The notes under the pieces are model-generated. The model did no database searches, was not told the origin of the DNA, and saw only the letters and a program-made list of their open reading frames with translations. Shown here piece by piece: positions 1-7,911 of a DNA stretch of 64,000 nt (the stretch's first letter is position 1; each line of letters opens with the position of its first letter). The translations under genes and the position numbers were made by a program. The DNA is from Chitinophagales bacterium (GTDB lineage: Bacteria > Bacteroidota > Bacteroidia > Chitinophagales > Chitinophagaceae): contig JAFLBM010000020.1 of NCBI GenBank assembly GCA_017303455.1, forward strand, positions 16,884 to 80,883, written 5' to 3'.

Positions 1-940
1 CTGCTTCCGGTTCAATACTCATATACCTGAAAGTTTTATCGTCTTTTTCATTGGTAAGGTTTTTCAGCTCAATCGTTGTTACCCCGTTATTCTGCAACCT
101 GATTTCACCGGGCAGTTTATCGTTTATAACAATAGCATCTTTTGTTGCATCGTACCTGAAGAATTTTATATTTTTTATATCAGCAAGGTCCTTTTGCGGG
201 GTGAAATAAACAACACAGGAATTGGTGGCTACTTCCGTAGTAAAAAAAGCATTATTAAATAACGCAATTTCTGTTTTTTCATACTCTGCTAATACTTTAG
301 TGTAAAGGTCAGCAGTGGGAAAAGGGATACCTACAGGCATACTGCGCAGCCGGAAGAAATCATACTTATCTTTTTGTAGTTGTTCATAACTGTCTGCCTG
401 TTGTTTGCAAAAAGCAAGCAGGCTGGCATCATTAGCCGCCGGTGCCCTTTTTAACGCAATAGGGCTGATAAAAGAAGCCGCCGAACTGACAAACTGGGTT
501 GCCACATCAAAGGTATTATCCTTTGCCTCCAATGTACTGTTGGTCATAAAGCCCTGGTTGCTTAGTGTAACACCATAGGTTCTGTCCTGAAAGGCCTTTG
601 TATTGGTTTCAATAACAAAAAATTTATCCGGATCGTCCACAGGCATCGTTATCACTTCAATACCGGTAATTTTCCGGGCGGAGTACTCACCGTTATCAAG
701 CTTCGCAAGTATTTTCTTATCAATGGTAGGAGGCAGCTTGCTTTTATTTTGTGCATAGCACTCACTGGGAGTATAGGTGGTGGTTTTAACGGAGATTTTA
801 AATGCAATGCAGGTGCGGGGCAGCTTATACATCAACCCTGCTGATGGTTTGTAGCTGTTGTCTGCAAGACCCTGTACATTAATTTTTGCACAGCCGTAAA
901 GCATTACAACCAAAGCCATTCCCATAAGAATTTTACGCAT
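1..940 (-). CDS. hypothetical lipoprotein; the C-terminal part lies outside the window (313 codons visible)
   Basis: Absent from the ORF track because it runs off the window edge. Hand translation from ATG 940-938 gives MRKILMGMALVVMLYGCAKINVQGLADNSYKPSAGLMYKLPRTC... I checked every in-frame triplet down to position 2 and found no stop. LYGC is a lipobox-like end to the signal peptide. The gene starts 10 nt after the stop of the caspase-like gene on the same strand. Confidence 0.65.
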   Translation of the reverse strand, partial: MRKILMGMALVVMLYGCAKINVQGLADNSYKPSAGLMYKLPRTCIAFKISVKTTTYTPSECYAQNKSKLPPTIDKKILAKLDNGEYSARKITGIEVITMPVDDPDKFFVIETNTKAFQDRTYGVTLSNQGFMTNSTLEAKDNTFDVATQFVSSAASFISPIALKRAPAANDASLLAFCKQQADSYEQLQKDKYDFFRLRSMPVGIPFPTADLYTKVLAEYEKTEIALFNNAFFTTEVATNSCVVYFTPQKDLADIKNIKFFRYDATKDAIVINDKLPGEIRLQNNGVTTIELKNLTNEKDDKTFRYMSIEPEA

Positions 941-950
941 ACTTGTTTGT

Positions 951-1805
951 TTATAGTTTAAAAAGAGGTGAGTTGCCAAAAACATCCCGGGAAGAATTGC
1001 TGACAATTGTAACAATTGTTTCAGAACTGCTGTAACAGGCCTGTCTGAAAAATTCAAGCATGGAAAGGGTGTGCAGCAGGCTCCTCCCTTTCAGGTATTG
1101 CCAGGCATCATTAATCCACCGGGTGAGCCTGCCGCTGCCATCCGGGTATGGTTCAGATGTGGCATCCCTGTCCACAGCACCAACGTACATCATATTAAAT
1201 GCAGCAGAGTCAGTTTGTACATAACAGCCGCTTTCATTGTTCAGGGCCGACTCTGCAGAAAGAAAGGCCATACTTCTGAACCGCTGACGTTTGGCATACA
1301 TCAATTGCCATTTATACATATGCCCAGAAAAGCAGGCATCGGAAATGAAAACAACCCGCACGGAGTCTTTCAGTTGTTTAAAAATCTCAAATAGTTCATC
1401 ATCCACTAATGGTTTGTCGGCAAGAATAAGTTGCTGATCGAAAGTATAAGGCAGTTCATCATGGTTAAAATCAGGTATTGTATCACCATGGCCTGAGAAA
1501 TAGAAAACAAACATATCTCCTTTTTTAAGTTTTTTAACCACTGCTTTCAGTTCTTTTATAATGTTTCCGTTGGTTGCTGTTGCATCTGAAAGTAATTTAA
1601 CATCCTGTTGATAAAACCCGGACTGCACAAGTATATGCTGAATTAATAATGCATCATCAGCTGCTTTCGCAACCGAGGCTGAATCATATTTCTGTGGCTT
1701 AAACGTTTTATTTGCACCAACAAGCAGAGCATAACCTTTCCCTTGGGCAAGTATAGTTAAATTCAGCACCAGCGTACAGCCAAGCAACAACGTTTTAATA
1801 TTCAT
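951..1805 (-). CDS. caspase-family (clan CD, C14-like) cysteine peptidase with N-terminal signal peptide
   Basis: 284-aa ORF. The N-terminus MNIKTLLLGCTLVLNLTILAQG looks like a Sec signal. FYFSGHG (H106) and VVFISDACFSG (C158) match the His/Cys dyad context of caspase and metacaspase folds. Confidence 0.7.
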   Translation of the reverse strand: MNIKTLLLGCTLVLNLTILAQGKGYALLVGANKTFKPQKYDSASVAKAADDALLIQHILVQSGFYQQDVKLLSDATATNGNIIKELKAVVKKLKKGDMFVFYFSGHGDTIPDFNHDELPYTFDQQLILADKPLVDDELFEIFKQLKDSVRVVFISDACFSGHMYKWQLMYAKRQRFRSMAFLSAESALNNESGCYVQTDSAAFNMMYVGAVDRDATSEPYPDGSGRLTRWINDAWQYLKGRSLLHTLSMLEFFRQACYSSSETIVTIVSNSSRDVFGNSPLFKL

Positions 1806-1825
1806 ACAAACTTAATTTATAAGTC

Positions 1826-1855
1826 AAAAACCGGATCCAATTATGAAAGATCCGG
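1826..1855 (-). terminator. rho-independent terminator candidate downstream of the poly-Q protein gene
   Basis: Stem CCGGATC (1831-1837) pairs with GATCCGG (1849-1855). The A5 run at 1826-1830 gives a U-tract on the minus strand. Confidence 0.6.
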
Positions 1856-2005
1856 AATTAATTATCAGGCTAATCAATGGGCCCAATTATACCGAAACAG
1901 GTGCAATGATTATATACATCCTAAATATCCCATTTTAGCAGTTTTAATCCAATAGCTAAACCACCTTTCCTGGTTCCGTCTTTTAACGGTATTTTGCCAG
2001 GCCCA

Positions 2006-2815
2006 TTATAGCTTTTGCTGTATCTGTTGTTGCTGTTGTTGCAGTTGCTGGATGGGTGTTTTGTTGATTCCCTTCAGTATATCAAGCGCCGAGCAATTCC
2101 CGTCGGAAGAACTTTTTACGGCAACGATCTGCGGAAACAGCCGGGTATCCGCATCATAGATTTTTGTTTTGATGGCTGCCATCGCCTGCAGGCAATTTTG
2201 GATAGAGGCCGGGCTGATCTCGGATGGTAAGGGTAATAAATCGGTGATCTGTTTTGATTCCATACCTATCACATCAATACTCATCGTGCCGGTAAGTTTA
2301 CCGCCCTGCGCAGCGATACCCAGGCCAAACAGGCTGCCGATATTTAATCCCGCTTTTGCCGTTTCAATATTGGCAGTAATCCGAAGCCCTACTCCTACTT
2401 TGGTAAAGCCTATGCAAAGCGAATCATTTTCATAAGCCTTGAGTGTGGTGAATTTGCAATAATCCATAATAACGGTGTAACTGCCTTTTTCTGCCGTTAC
2501 ACTGGATACGCCCCAGTTGATACCTCCACTTGCATCTATTTTTCTTACGGTTACATATACTGCTTCATTGGGTAAAAACTTTACCATTTTATCTTTTTCA
2601 ATGGCAATTTCCGGTATCATTTTCCAAACGAACTTATTACTGTCGGGATTATACACAGAAACATAATCCTCATAATCCAGGGGAGATACAGGTACGTAGT
2701 CTTTAAATTGTTTTTCAAGGATAAATGTCCCTAATGGATTATCCCCTTTGTTTTTTTGGGAAAAACTGAAGAGAGAAAAGAACAGCAGCAGGCTGACTAT
2801 AATGAATTTTCTCAT
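2006..2815 (-). CDS. hypothetical secreted protein with a Gly-rich beta-type core and a poly-Q C-terminal tail
   Basis: ORF 2006..2869 trimmed to ATG 2815-2813 (MRKFIIVSLLLFFSLFSFSQ is a signal-like N-terminus). The protein ends in IQQLQQQQQQIQQKL. I recognise no family. Confidence 0.6.
   Translation of the reverse strand: MRKFIIVSLLLFFSLFSFSQKNKGDNPLGTFILEKQFKDYVPVSPLDYEDYVSVYNPDSNKFVWKMIPEIAIEKDKMVKFLPNEAVYVTVRKIDASGGINWGVSSVTAEKGSYTVIMDYCKFTTLKAYENDSLCIGFTKVGVGLRITANIETAKAGLNIGSLFGLGIAAQGGKLTGTMSIDVIGMESKQITDLLPLPSEISPASIQNCLQAMAAIKTKIYDADTRLFPQIVAVKSSSDGNCSALDILKGINKTPIQQLQQQQQQIQQKL
2015..2050 (-). repeat. imperfect CAG/CAA (Gln) trinucleotide run encoding the QQLQQQQQQIQQ tail
   Basis: The plus strand reads ttg ctg tat ctg ttg ttg ctg ttg ttg cag ttg ctg. 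Confidence 0.9.
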
Positions 2816-2929
2816 AAAGGTTGTGGTTTTGGCCGGGTGATAAAAATGAATGACTGAACAAAACTGCAATTAAACTTTTTGACGCTCAAGCGGCAAACCA
2901 CCCGTTTATTAAGGTGTTTTAACGGTAAA

Positions 2930-2960
2930 ACAAAAAAGGCCGCCTCCCGGCGACCTTTCA
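2930..2960 (-). terminator. rho-independent terminator of gltA
   Basis: Minus-strand hairpin AAAGGTCGCC-GGGA-GGCGGCCTTT with one mismatch, followed by a T-run (plus-strand A-run 2932-2937). Confidence 0.7.
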
Positions 2961-2980
2961 AATTTTATTTACAAAAGAAG

Positions 2981-4306
2981 TTATTCCCCCCAAATATTAT
3001 CCTTTCCTTCCAGCCATTGTTTTACGAGGCCGGTGGTGACGGATTTGGGTCTTTCCAGCGGGAAACCGAGGGCCCTGTCCCAGCAAAGGCTGGCGAGCAC
3101 ACCGAGTGCACGGCTCACCGCAAAGAGAACGGTGTAGAATTCATATTCCTTCATACCGTAGTGGACAAGCAAAGCGCCACTGTGTGCATCCACGTTCGGC
3201 CAGGGGTTCTTGATTTTTCCGAGTGATTGCAGGATCGGCGGCACCGTTTCATATACATTCCAGATGGTTTGCACCAGCGGATCATCGGGCATATGTTTTT
3301 TACCAAATTCCATTTGCGCCGTGAAGCGGGGATCTGTTTTACGCAGTACGGCATGACCATAACCCGGCACCACTTTTCCTTCACTCAGGGTTTTCTTTAC
3401 ATATTCTGCGATCTGCTCTTTAGAGGGCAGGTCTGTTTTCAATTCCTCTCTCAGGTCAAATATCCATTTGATCACTTCCTGGTTGGCCAAACCGTGCAAA
3501 GGACCGGCCAGTCCATTCATACCGGAAGCATAACTTAAATAAGGATCACTCAAAGCAGAGCCCACCAGGTGTGTGGTATGGGCAGATACGTTTCCTCCCT
3601 CATGGTCGGCATGGATGGTCATGTACAAACGCATCAGTTCTTTGAAGCTTTCATCATTATACCCCATCATATGAGCAAAGTTGCCGGACCAGTCGAGCAG
3701 GCCATTGGGTTGTATATGATCACCAAAACGGTATTTGCGGCGGTAGATATAAGCAGCTATACGGGGCAGGCGGGCAATCAGGTCCATGCTGTCGTCAAAC
3801 ACTGCATCCCAGTAATCTTTTTTATTCATCCCGGCTGCATAGTTTTTGGCAAACTGGCTTTCGGTTTGCAGGGCCATCACTCCCACCACAAACTGTGTCA
3901 TGGGATGTGAGTTGATCGGCAATGCCTCAATGGTATGGAAAACATGGGTGGGTACATGGCTTCTCCGCTGCCATACAGAAGTTACATGCTGCACATCATC
4001 TTCACTGGGTAATTCACCGACCAGCATCAGGTAAAACAGGCCTTCGGGCAAGGGCTCTGAACCACCGGGCACTTTGGGAAGTTTTTCCCGCAACTCAGGA
4101 ATGGAATAACCACGGAAACGGATACCTTCCTGTGCATCCAATAGCGAGGTTTCTGTAACGAGGCCGGTAATACCCCGCATGCCCTGATACACCTGGGACA
4201 ATTGTACTTCCCCGATTACTTTATTTCCATGTTCTTTCAGCAGCTCTTTTATTTCCGCTGCCATCAGATCTGCCTTAGCCTTGAACCTGTCTTTGACGAT
4301 ACCCAT
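2981..4306 (-). CDS. gltA: citrate synthase
   Basis: 441-aa ORF. The motifs MRGITGLVTETS, GYGHAVLRKTDPR and HSGALL are typical of type I (eukaryote-like) citrate synthase, as found in Bacteroidota. Confidence 0.93.
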   Translation of the reverse strand: MGIVKDRFKAKADLMAAEIKELLKEHGNKVIGEVQLSQVYQGMRGITGLVTETSLLDAQEGIRFRGYSIPELREKLPKVPGGSEPLPEGLFYLMLVGELPSEDDVQHVTSVWQRRSHVPTHVFHTIEALPINSHPMTQFVVGVMALQTESQFAKNYAAGMNKKDYWDAVFDDSMDLIARLPRIAAYIYRRKYRFGDHIQPNGLLDWSGNFAHMMGYNDESFKELMRLYMTIHADHEGGNVSAHTTHLVGSALSDPYLSYASGMNGLAGPLHGLANQEVIKWIFDLREELKTDLPSKEQIAEYVKKTLSEGKVVPGYGHAVLRKTDPRFTAQMEFGKKHMPDDPLVQTIWNVYETVPPILQSLGKIKNPWPNVDAHSGALLVHYGMKEYEFYTVLFAVSRALGVLASLCWDRALGFPLERPKSVTTGLVKQWLEGKDNIWGE

Positions 4307-4458
4307 ATGCCGGTTTTTTATTTTTTTCTATAACAATTGCGAGGGCATAAAGTTATGGAAAGCACCCCGCCGCTGCAAAAAAACAAGCTGATTATACCGG
4401 CATCGTTCCCGTTATTAATGGGTTTTTAATAAAAGGGGTGTTGACGGCGGCGAATTAT

Positions 4459-5556
4459 TTACTTGGGTGTTTTTTTGTATAACCGCCAGGCCACAAAAGC
4501 AAAGACAATATTGGGGAGCCAGGCTGCCAGCAAAGGGGGGAAATTGCCCTTGGTGGCAAATACTGTGGAGAAACGATCGGCTACAATAAATAAAGCGGCG
4601 ATGGTGATACCCAGGGCCAGGTGCATGCCGCTGCCGCCTCTTGTTTTGCGGCTGGCAATCACCACCCCGATCATGGTGAGAAGAAATACTGTGAAGGCAG
4701 TGGCGGTGCGCCGGTAGCGTTCCACTTTCAAGGCACTGAGTCCTTCGGTTCCTCTTGCTTCTTCCCGGTTAATGAAACGAACCAGCTCGGGTGTGGTGAG
4801 CTTGTCTTTCATATAATCATCCTTGCGGAGTTCGTAGGGTTTAAGGCTGATGTTGAGCACCATGCTGTCGTATCTTTTTACCGTCTCACCGCTGCTGTCC
4901 ACCCTGCGTTCAATCACATTGCGGAGTTTCCATTTTTTGGTGGCCGTGTCCCAGGCTCCCGGTGTGCCCCGCAGGTTATAGATCATTTTATTATCGCTTA
5001 CTCTTTCCAGGAAAAAAGTGCTGGCAGATTTGGCAGCCGTATCATAATTCTTCAAACCAATATAGGTGTTGGTATCAATGCGGAGGTAGAAACAGTTGTA
5101 GCAATTGGTTTCCTGCCTGTTCTTGGTGGGATCATTCTTATCAAAATAATTGGCCTGGAAATTACTCTTGATGACATTGGCTTTGGGCACGAGGTAGCGG
5201 CTGCCCAGCCAAAGCATCAGGCTGAGTAATAAACCTCCCACGACATAGGGACGGAGAAAACGATTGTAACTGGTGCCACTGGCGAGGATGGCAATGATCT
5301 CGGACCGGGTGGCCATTTTGCTGGTAAAGAAGATAACGGCGATAAATACAAATAACGGAAATAACAGGCTCCAGATCCAGGGCACGAAGCCCAGGTAATA
5401 CTCTTTAATGATCGCTGAAGTGCTGAGCCCGGTTTTTACAAATTCATCGGTTTTCTCACTGCTGTCCACCGCCACGGCGATCGCCGTAAATAATAACAGG
5501 CAAAAGAAAAAAGTAACCAGGAATTTCTTCAGTATATACCAATCCAGTTTCATCAT
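4459..5556 (-). CDS. LptF/LptG-family (YjgP/YjgQ) LPS export permease
   Basis: ORF trimmed to MMKLDWYILKKFLVTFFF. It has multiple TM helices at both ends with a periplasmic beta-jellyroll-sized middle, the typical YjgP/YjgQ layout, and lies next to tgt. Confidence 0.8.
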   Translation of the reverse strand: MMKLDWYILKKFLVTFFFCLLLFTAIAVAVDSSEKTDEFVKTGLSTSAIIKEYYLGFVPWIWSLLFPLFVFIAVIFFTSKMATRSEIIAILASGTSYNRFLRPYVVGGLLLSLMLWLGSRYLVPKANVIKSNFQANYFDKNDPTKNRQETNCYNCFYLRIDTNTYIGLKNYDTAAKSASTFFLERVSDNKMIYNLRGTPGAWDTATKKWKLRNVIERRVDSSGETVKRYDSMVLNISLKPYELRKDDYMKDKLTTPELVRFINREEARGTEGLSALKVERYRRTATAFTVFLLTMIGVVIASRKTRGGSGMHLALGITIAALFIVADRFSTVFATKGNFPPLLAAWLPNIVFAFVAWRLYKKTPK

Positions 5557-5610
5557 GCCGCTGCGAAGTAACAAAATTCAGGCGGAATGAAATGTGAAAG
5601 CTGCGGAAGG

Positions 5611-5880
5611 TCAGATCAGCAGTTTTTTGGCAATAGCGATCAGGGCTTCCCCTCCTTTCTGGATACTGGTAATGGATTTTACCGTTTGATTATTAAAATC
5701 AGTGGCATTCTTAATGGCCACCAGCAGGTTGGCAAGATCCTGTTTGCTGATACCTGTATCATTAATGACTTTGGTAATATCACTATCGGTAAGGCTGGTA
5801 AGGCTGGAAAAGCGTTCCCTGAATTTCTCATCCGTCATGGCTTGTGCCTGCTCAGCCAGTTTATCGTATTTGTTGGGCAT
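5611..5880 (-). CDS. hypothetical small helical protein (89 aa)
   Basis: Clean ORF 5 nt downstream of the preceding lipoprotein gene on the same strand. I recognise no family. Confidence 0.5.
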   Translation of the reverse strand: MPNKYDKLAEQAQAMTDEKFRERFSSLTSLTDSDITKVINDTGISKQDLANLLVAIKNATDFNNQTVKSITSIQKGGEALIAIAKKLLI

Positions 5881-5885
5881 ACTGT

Positions 5886-6473
5886 TTATTTTAATAATGA
5901 GTTAATGGAGTTGGAAAGGATCACTGCTTTATCACCAATGTTGCCGCCGTCTTTAATAAACTTGTTCAGGGCCTTGTCAATCCCTTCCAGGTTGAGGCGG
6001 TTATTGGTCAGTGATTTGATCTGTTGAAATACTTCTGTTCTTTTCTGGTTGAGCCGGGAAGCGGACCGCAACAAGTTTTGCAGTTCATCAAATGCAGATG
6101 CATATACTTTATAATCCTGGTTCAGTTTATCAATAATACCGGCTTTCTGTTCATCCAGTGCAGAAACCAGCGAATCTTTCCGGGCATTGATGCGGGGATA
6201 TAAGGCCTGCATCATCTCCGCAAAATCGGCTTCATAGTCTGTTCCGGGTGGCAGCAGGCTTTTGAAATTATTGACGATCTCCGGGGTATATTCATTCGTA
6301 ATAAATTCATTGACCAGGTGACGTTTTTCCTGGAAGATCTTATCAATCAACGCAAGATTGAGCAGGTGCATTCTTTCCCCCTCCTCTTTCAGTGCCTGTG
6401 ATAATTCTACTGACTGAACAGGAATTTTAGCACAGGAGGACAGGACAATACAAAAGATCAGCAAGTATCGCAT
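5886..6473 (-). CDS. hypothetical helical lipoprotein
   Basis: ORF 5886..6515 trimmed to ATG 6473 (MRYLLIFCIVLSSCAK has a lipobox LSSC). The remainder looks coiled-coil-like and helical. Confidence 0.55.
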   Translation of the reverse strand: MRYLLIFCIVLSSCAKIPVQSVELSQALKEEGERMHLLNLALIDKIFQEKRHLVNEFITNEYTPEIVNNFKSLLPPGTDYEADFAEMMQALYPRINARKDSLVSALDEQKAGIIDKLNQDYKVYASAFDELQNLLRSASRLNQKRTEVFQQIKSLTNNRLNLEGIDKALNKFIKDGGNIGDKAVILSNSINSLLK

Positions 6474-6666
6474 ACAATTATTTTTAGGATGATCAATCAA
6501 CAAGTACTGAGCCAATCAGCAGCTGCCAATATAATAAACCAGGGCAGGAGCTTCAATCCCGTTCATGAGTGAATTTTATCGTCTCCAGGGGAGGACTGTG
6601 CAGGGCGGCTCTATAAATTTGAGATAATTTACCTGATCAGCAAATACCACTTACCGGGTACTGTTG

Positions 6667-7806
6667 TTACAACCGGTGCTGCAATTGGGGGACCATCTCC
6701 TTCTTCCAACCGGCAAAATCACCGGCAATAATATGTTGCCGGGCTTCTCCCACCAGCCAGAGGTAGAATGCCAGGTTATGAATACTGGCAATGGAAAGAC
6801 CGAGTATTTCTTTTGATTTCATTAGGTGCCGCAGGTAGGCTTTGCTGTAATAATTACTCACTTCACAATCTATACCATCATCCAGCGGGGAGAAATCATG
6901 CTCCCATTTCTTGTTATCAATATTGATCACGCCTTTGGTAGTAAAGAGCATTGCATTTCTTCCGTTGCGGGTGGGCATCACACAATCAAACATATCAATA
7001 CCCATCCCGATACACTCCAGGATATTCCAGGGTGTGCCTACTCCCATCAGGTAGCGGGGTTTATTGGCAGGTAAATGATCACAACACCAGTCGCAGATTT
7101 CATACATCACCAGTTCGGGTTCTCCCACACTTAAACCACCAATGGCATTACCGGTAGCATTTTTGGAGGCGATGTATTCACAGGACTGCTGGCGCAGGTC
7201 TTTATAGGTACCTCCCTGTACGATCGGGAAAAGATTTTGTGTGTACCCGTATTTGTCTGTTGTAGAGTTAAATTGTGTGAAGCAACGGTCCAGCCAGCGG
7301 TGTGTCATTTCCATCGACTTCTTTGCATAAGTATATTCACTGCCGCCGGGAGGGCATTCATCAAAAGCCATGATGATATCGCCGCCAATGCTGCGTTGTA
7401 TATCCATTACTCTCTCGGGAGTAAAAAGGTGTTTTGACCCGTCAATATGTGATTGAAAGGTCACTCCTTCTTCTTTGATCTTCCTGGTGCCCGCCAGTGA
7501 AAAGACCTGGTAGCCGCCGCTGTCTGTCAAAATAGGTTTGGGCCAGCCATTGAAGCGGTGCAGTCCACCTGCTTTTTCCAGTACATCCAGCCCGGGCCGG
7601 AGGTATAAATGATAGGTATTCCCAAGAATGATCTGTGCCTTCACATCCTGCAGCAGTTGTTGTTGTGTTACTGCCTTTACGCTGCCCACTGTACCTACCG
7701 GCATAAAGATGGGTGTCAGTATTTCACCATGATCAGTGGTTAATTTACCTGCTCTTGCTTTAGATGCGGAATCAGTATGCTGTAATTGAAAAGAGAGTGC
7801 TGCCAT
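6667..7806 (-). CDS. tgt: tRNA-guanine transglycosylase (queuine tRNA-ribosyltransferase)
   Basis: The track ORF of 485 aa has a 106-codon non-homologous extension. The start is trimmed to ATG 7806 (MAALSFQLQHTDSASKARAGKLTTDHGEILTPIFMPVGT), giving 379 aa. The motifs LTDSGGYQV, DECP and GLSVGE are typical of Tgt. Confidence 0.93.
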   Translation of the reverse strand: MAALSFQLQHTDSASKARAGKLTTDHGEILTPIFMPVGTVGSVKAVTQQQLLQDVKAQIILGNTYHLYLRPGLDVLEKAGGLHRFNGWPKPILTDSGGYQVFSLAGTRKIKEEGVTFQSHIDGSKHLFTPERVMDIQRSIGGDIIMAFDECPPGGSEYTYAKKSMEMTHRWLDRCFTQFNSTTDKYGYTQNLFPIVQGGTYKDLRQQSCEYIASKNATGNAIGGLSVGEPELVMYEICDWCCDHLPANKPRYLMGVGTPWNILECIGMGIDMFDCVMPTRNGRNAMLFTTKGVINIDNKKWEHDFSPLDDGIDCEVSNYYSKAYLRHLMKSKEILGLSIASIHNLAFYLWLVGEARQHIIAGDFAGWKKEMVPQLQHRL

Positions 7807-7814
7807 AAAAGTTG

Positions 7815-7891
7815 CAAGGTACAAGGTACAAGGCACAAGAAGAAACATCCGGTTGACTGACTTGTTCCTTGTCTCTTGGTACTTGTGCCTT
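7815..7891. repeat. tandem word CAAGGTA/CAAGGTA/CAAGGCA plus a 10-bp inverted copy
   Basis: Tandem words at 7815-7835. AAGGCACAAG (7830-7839) pairs with CTTGTGCCTT (7882-7891). The element lies in the divergent tgt / GT2 spacer. Confidence 0.85.
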
Positions 7892-7911
7892 ATCATTATT
7901 ATCTTCGCCGC

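Noticed and set aside
1807-1814. An exact TAnnTTTG box (TAAGTTTG on the minus strand) upstream of the caspase-like gene.
   Set aside because: It ends only 1 nt before the ATG, too close to act as the -7 element for a transcript containing that start codon. There is no alternative downstream Met before residue 98.
2006-2815. Possible bacterial gasdermin-like pore former next to a caspase-like protease. The protein is about 250 aa, beta-rich and has a short C-terminal tail.
   Set aside because: Both proteins carry Sec-type signal peptides. The protease lacks the large sensor or repeat domains typical of gasdermin-associated proteases. A hairpin plus T-run separates the two genes. I see no sequence motif that I can tie to gasdermins. 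It is kept only as something a structure search could exclude.
4621-5229. Long antisense ORFs inside well-supported genes: 4621..5229, 26127..26549, 49046..49534, 58608..59165, 62162..62686 and many of 60-130 aa.
   Set aside because: Each lies wholly within, and antisense to, a gene with strong family motifs. The translated products are low-complexity with no recognisable domains, as expected for shadow ORFs.
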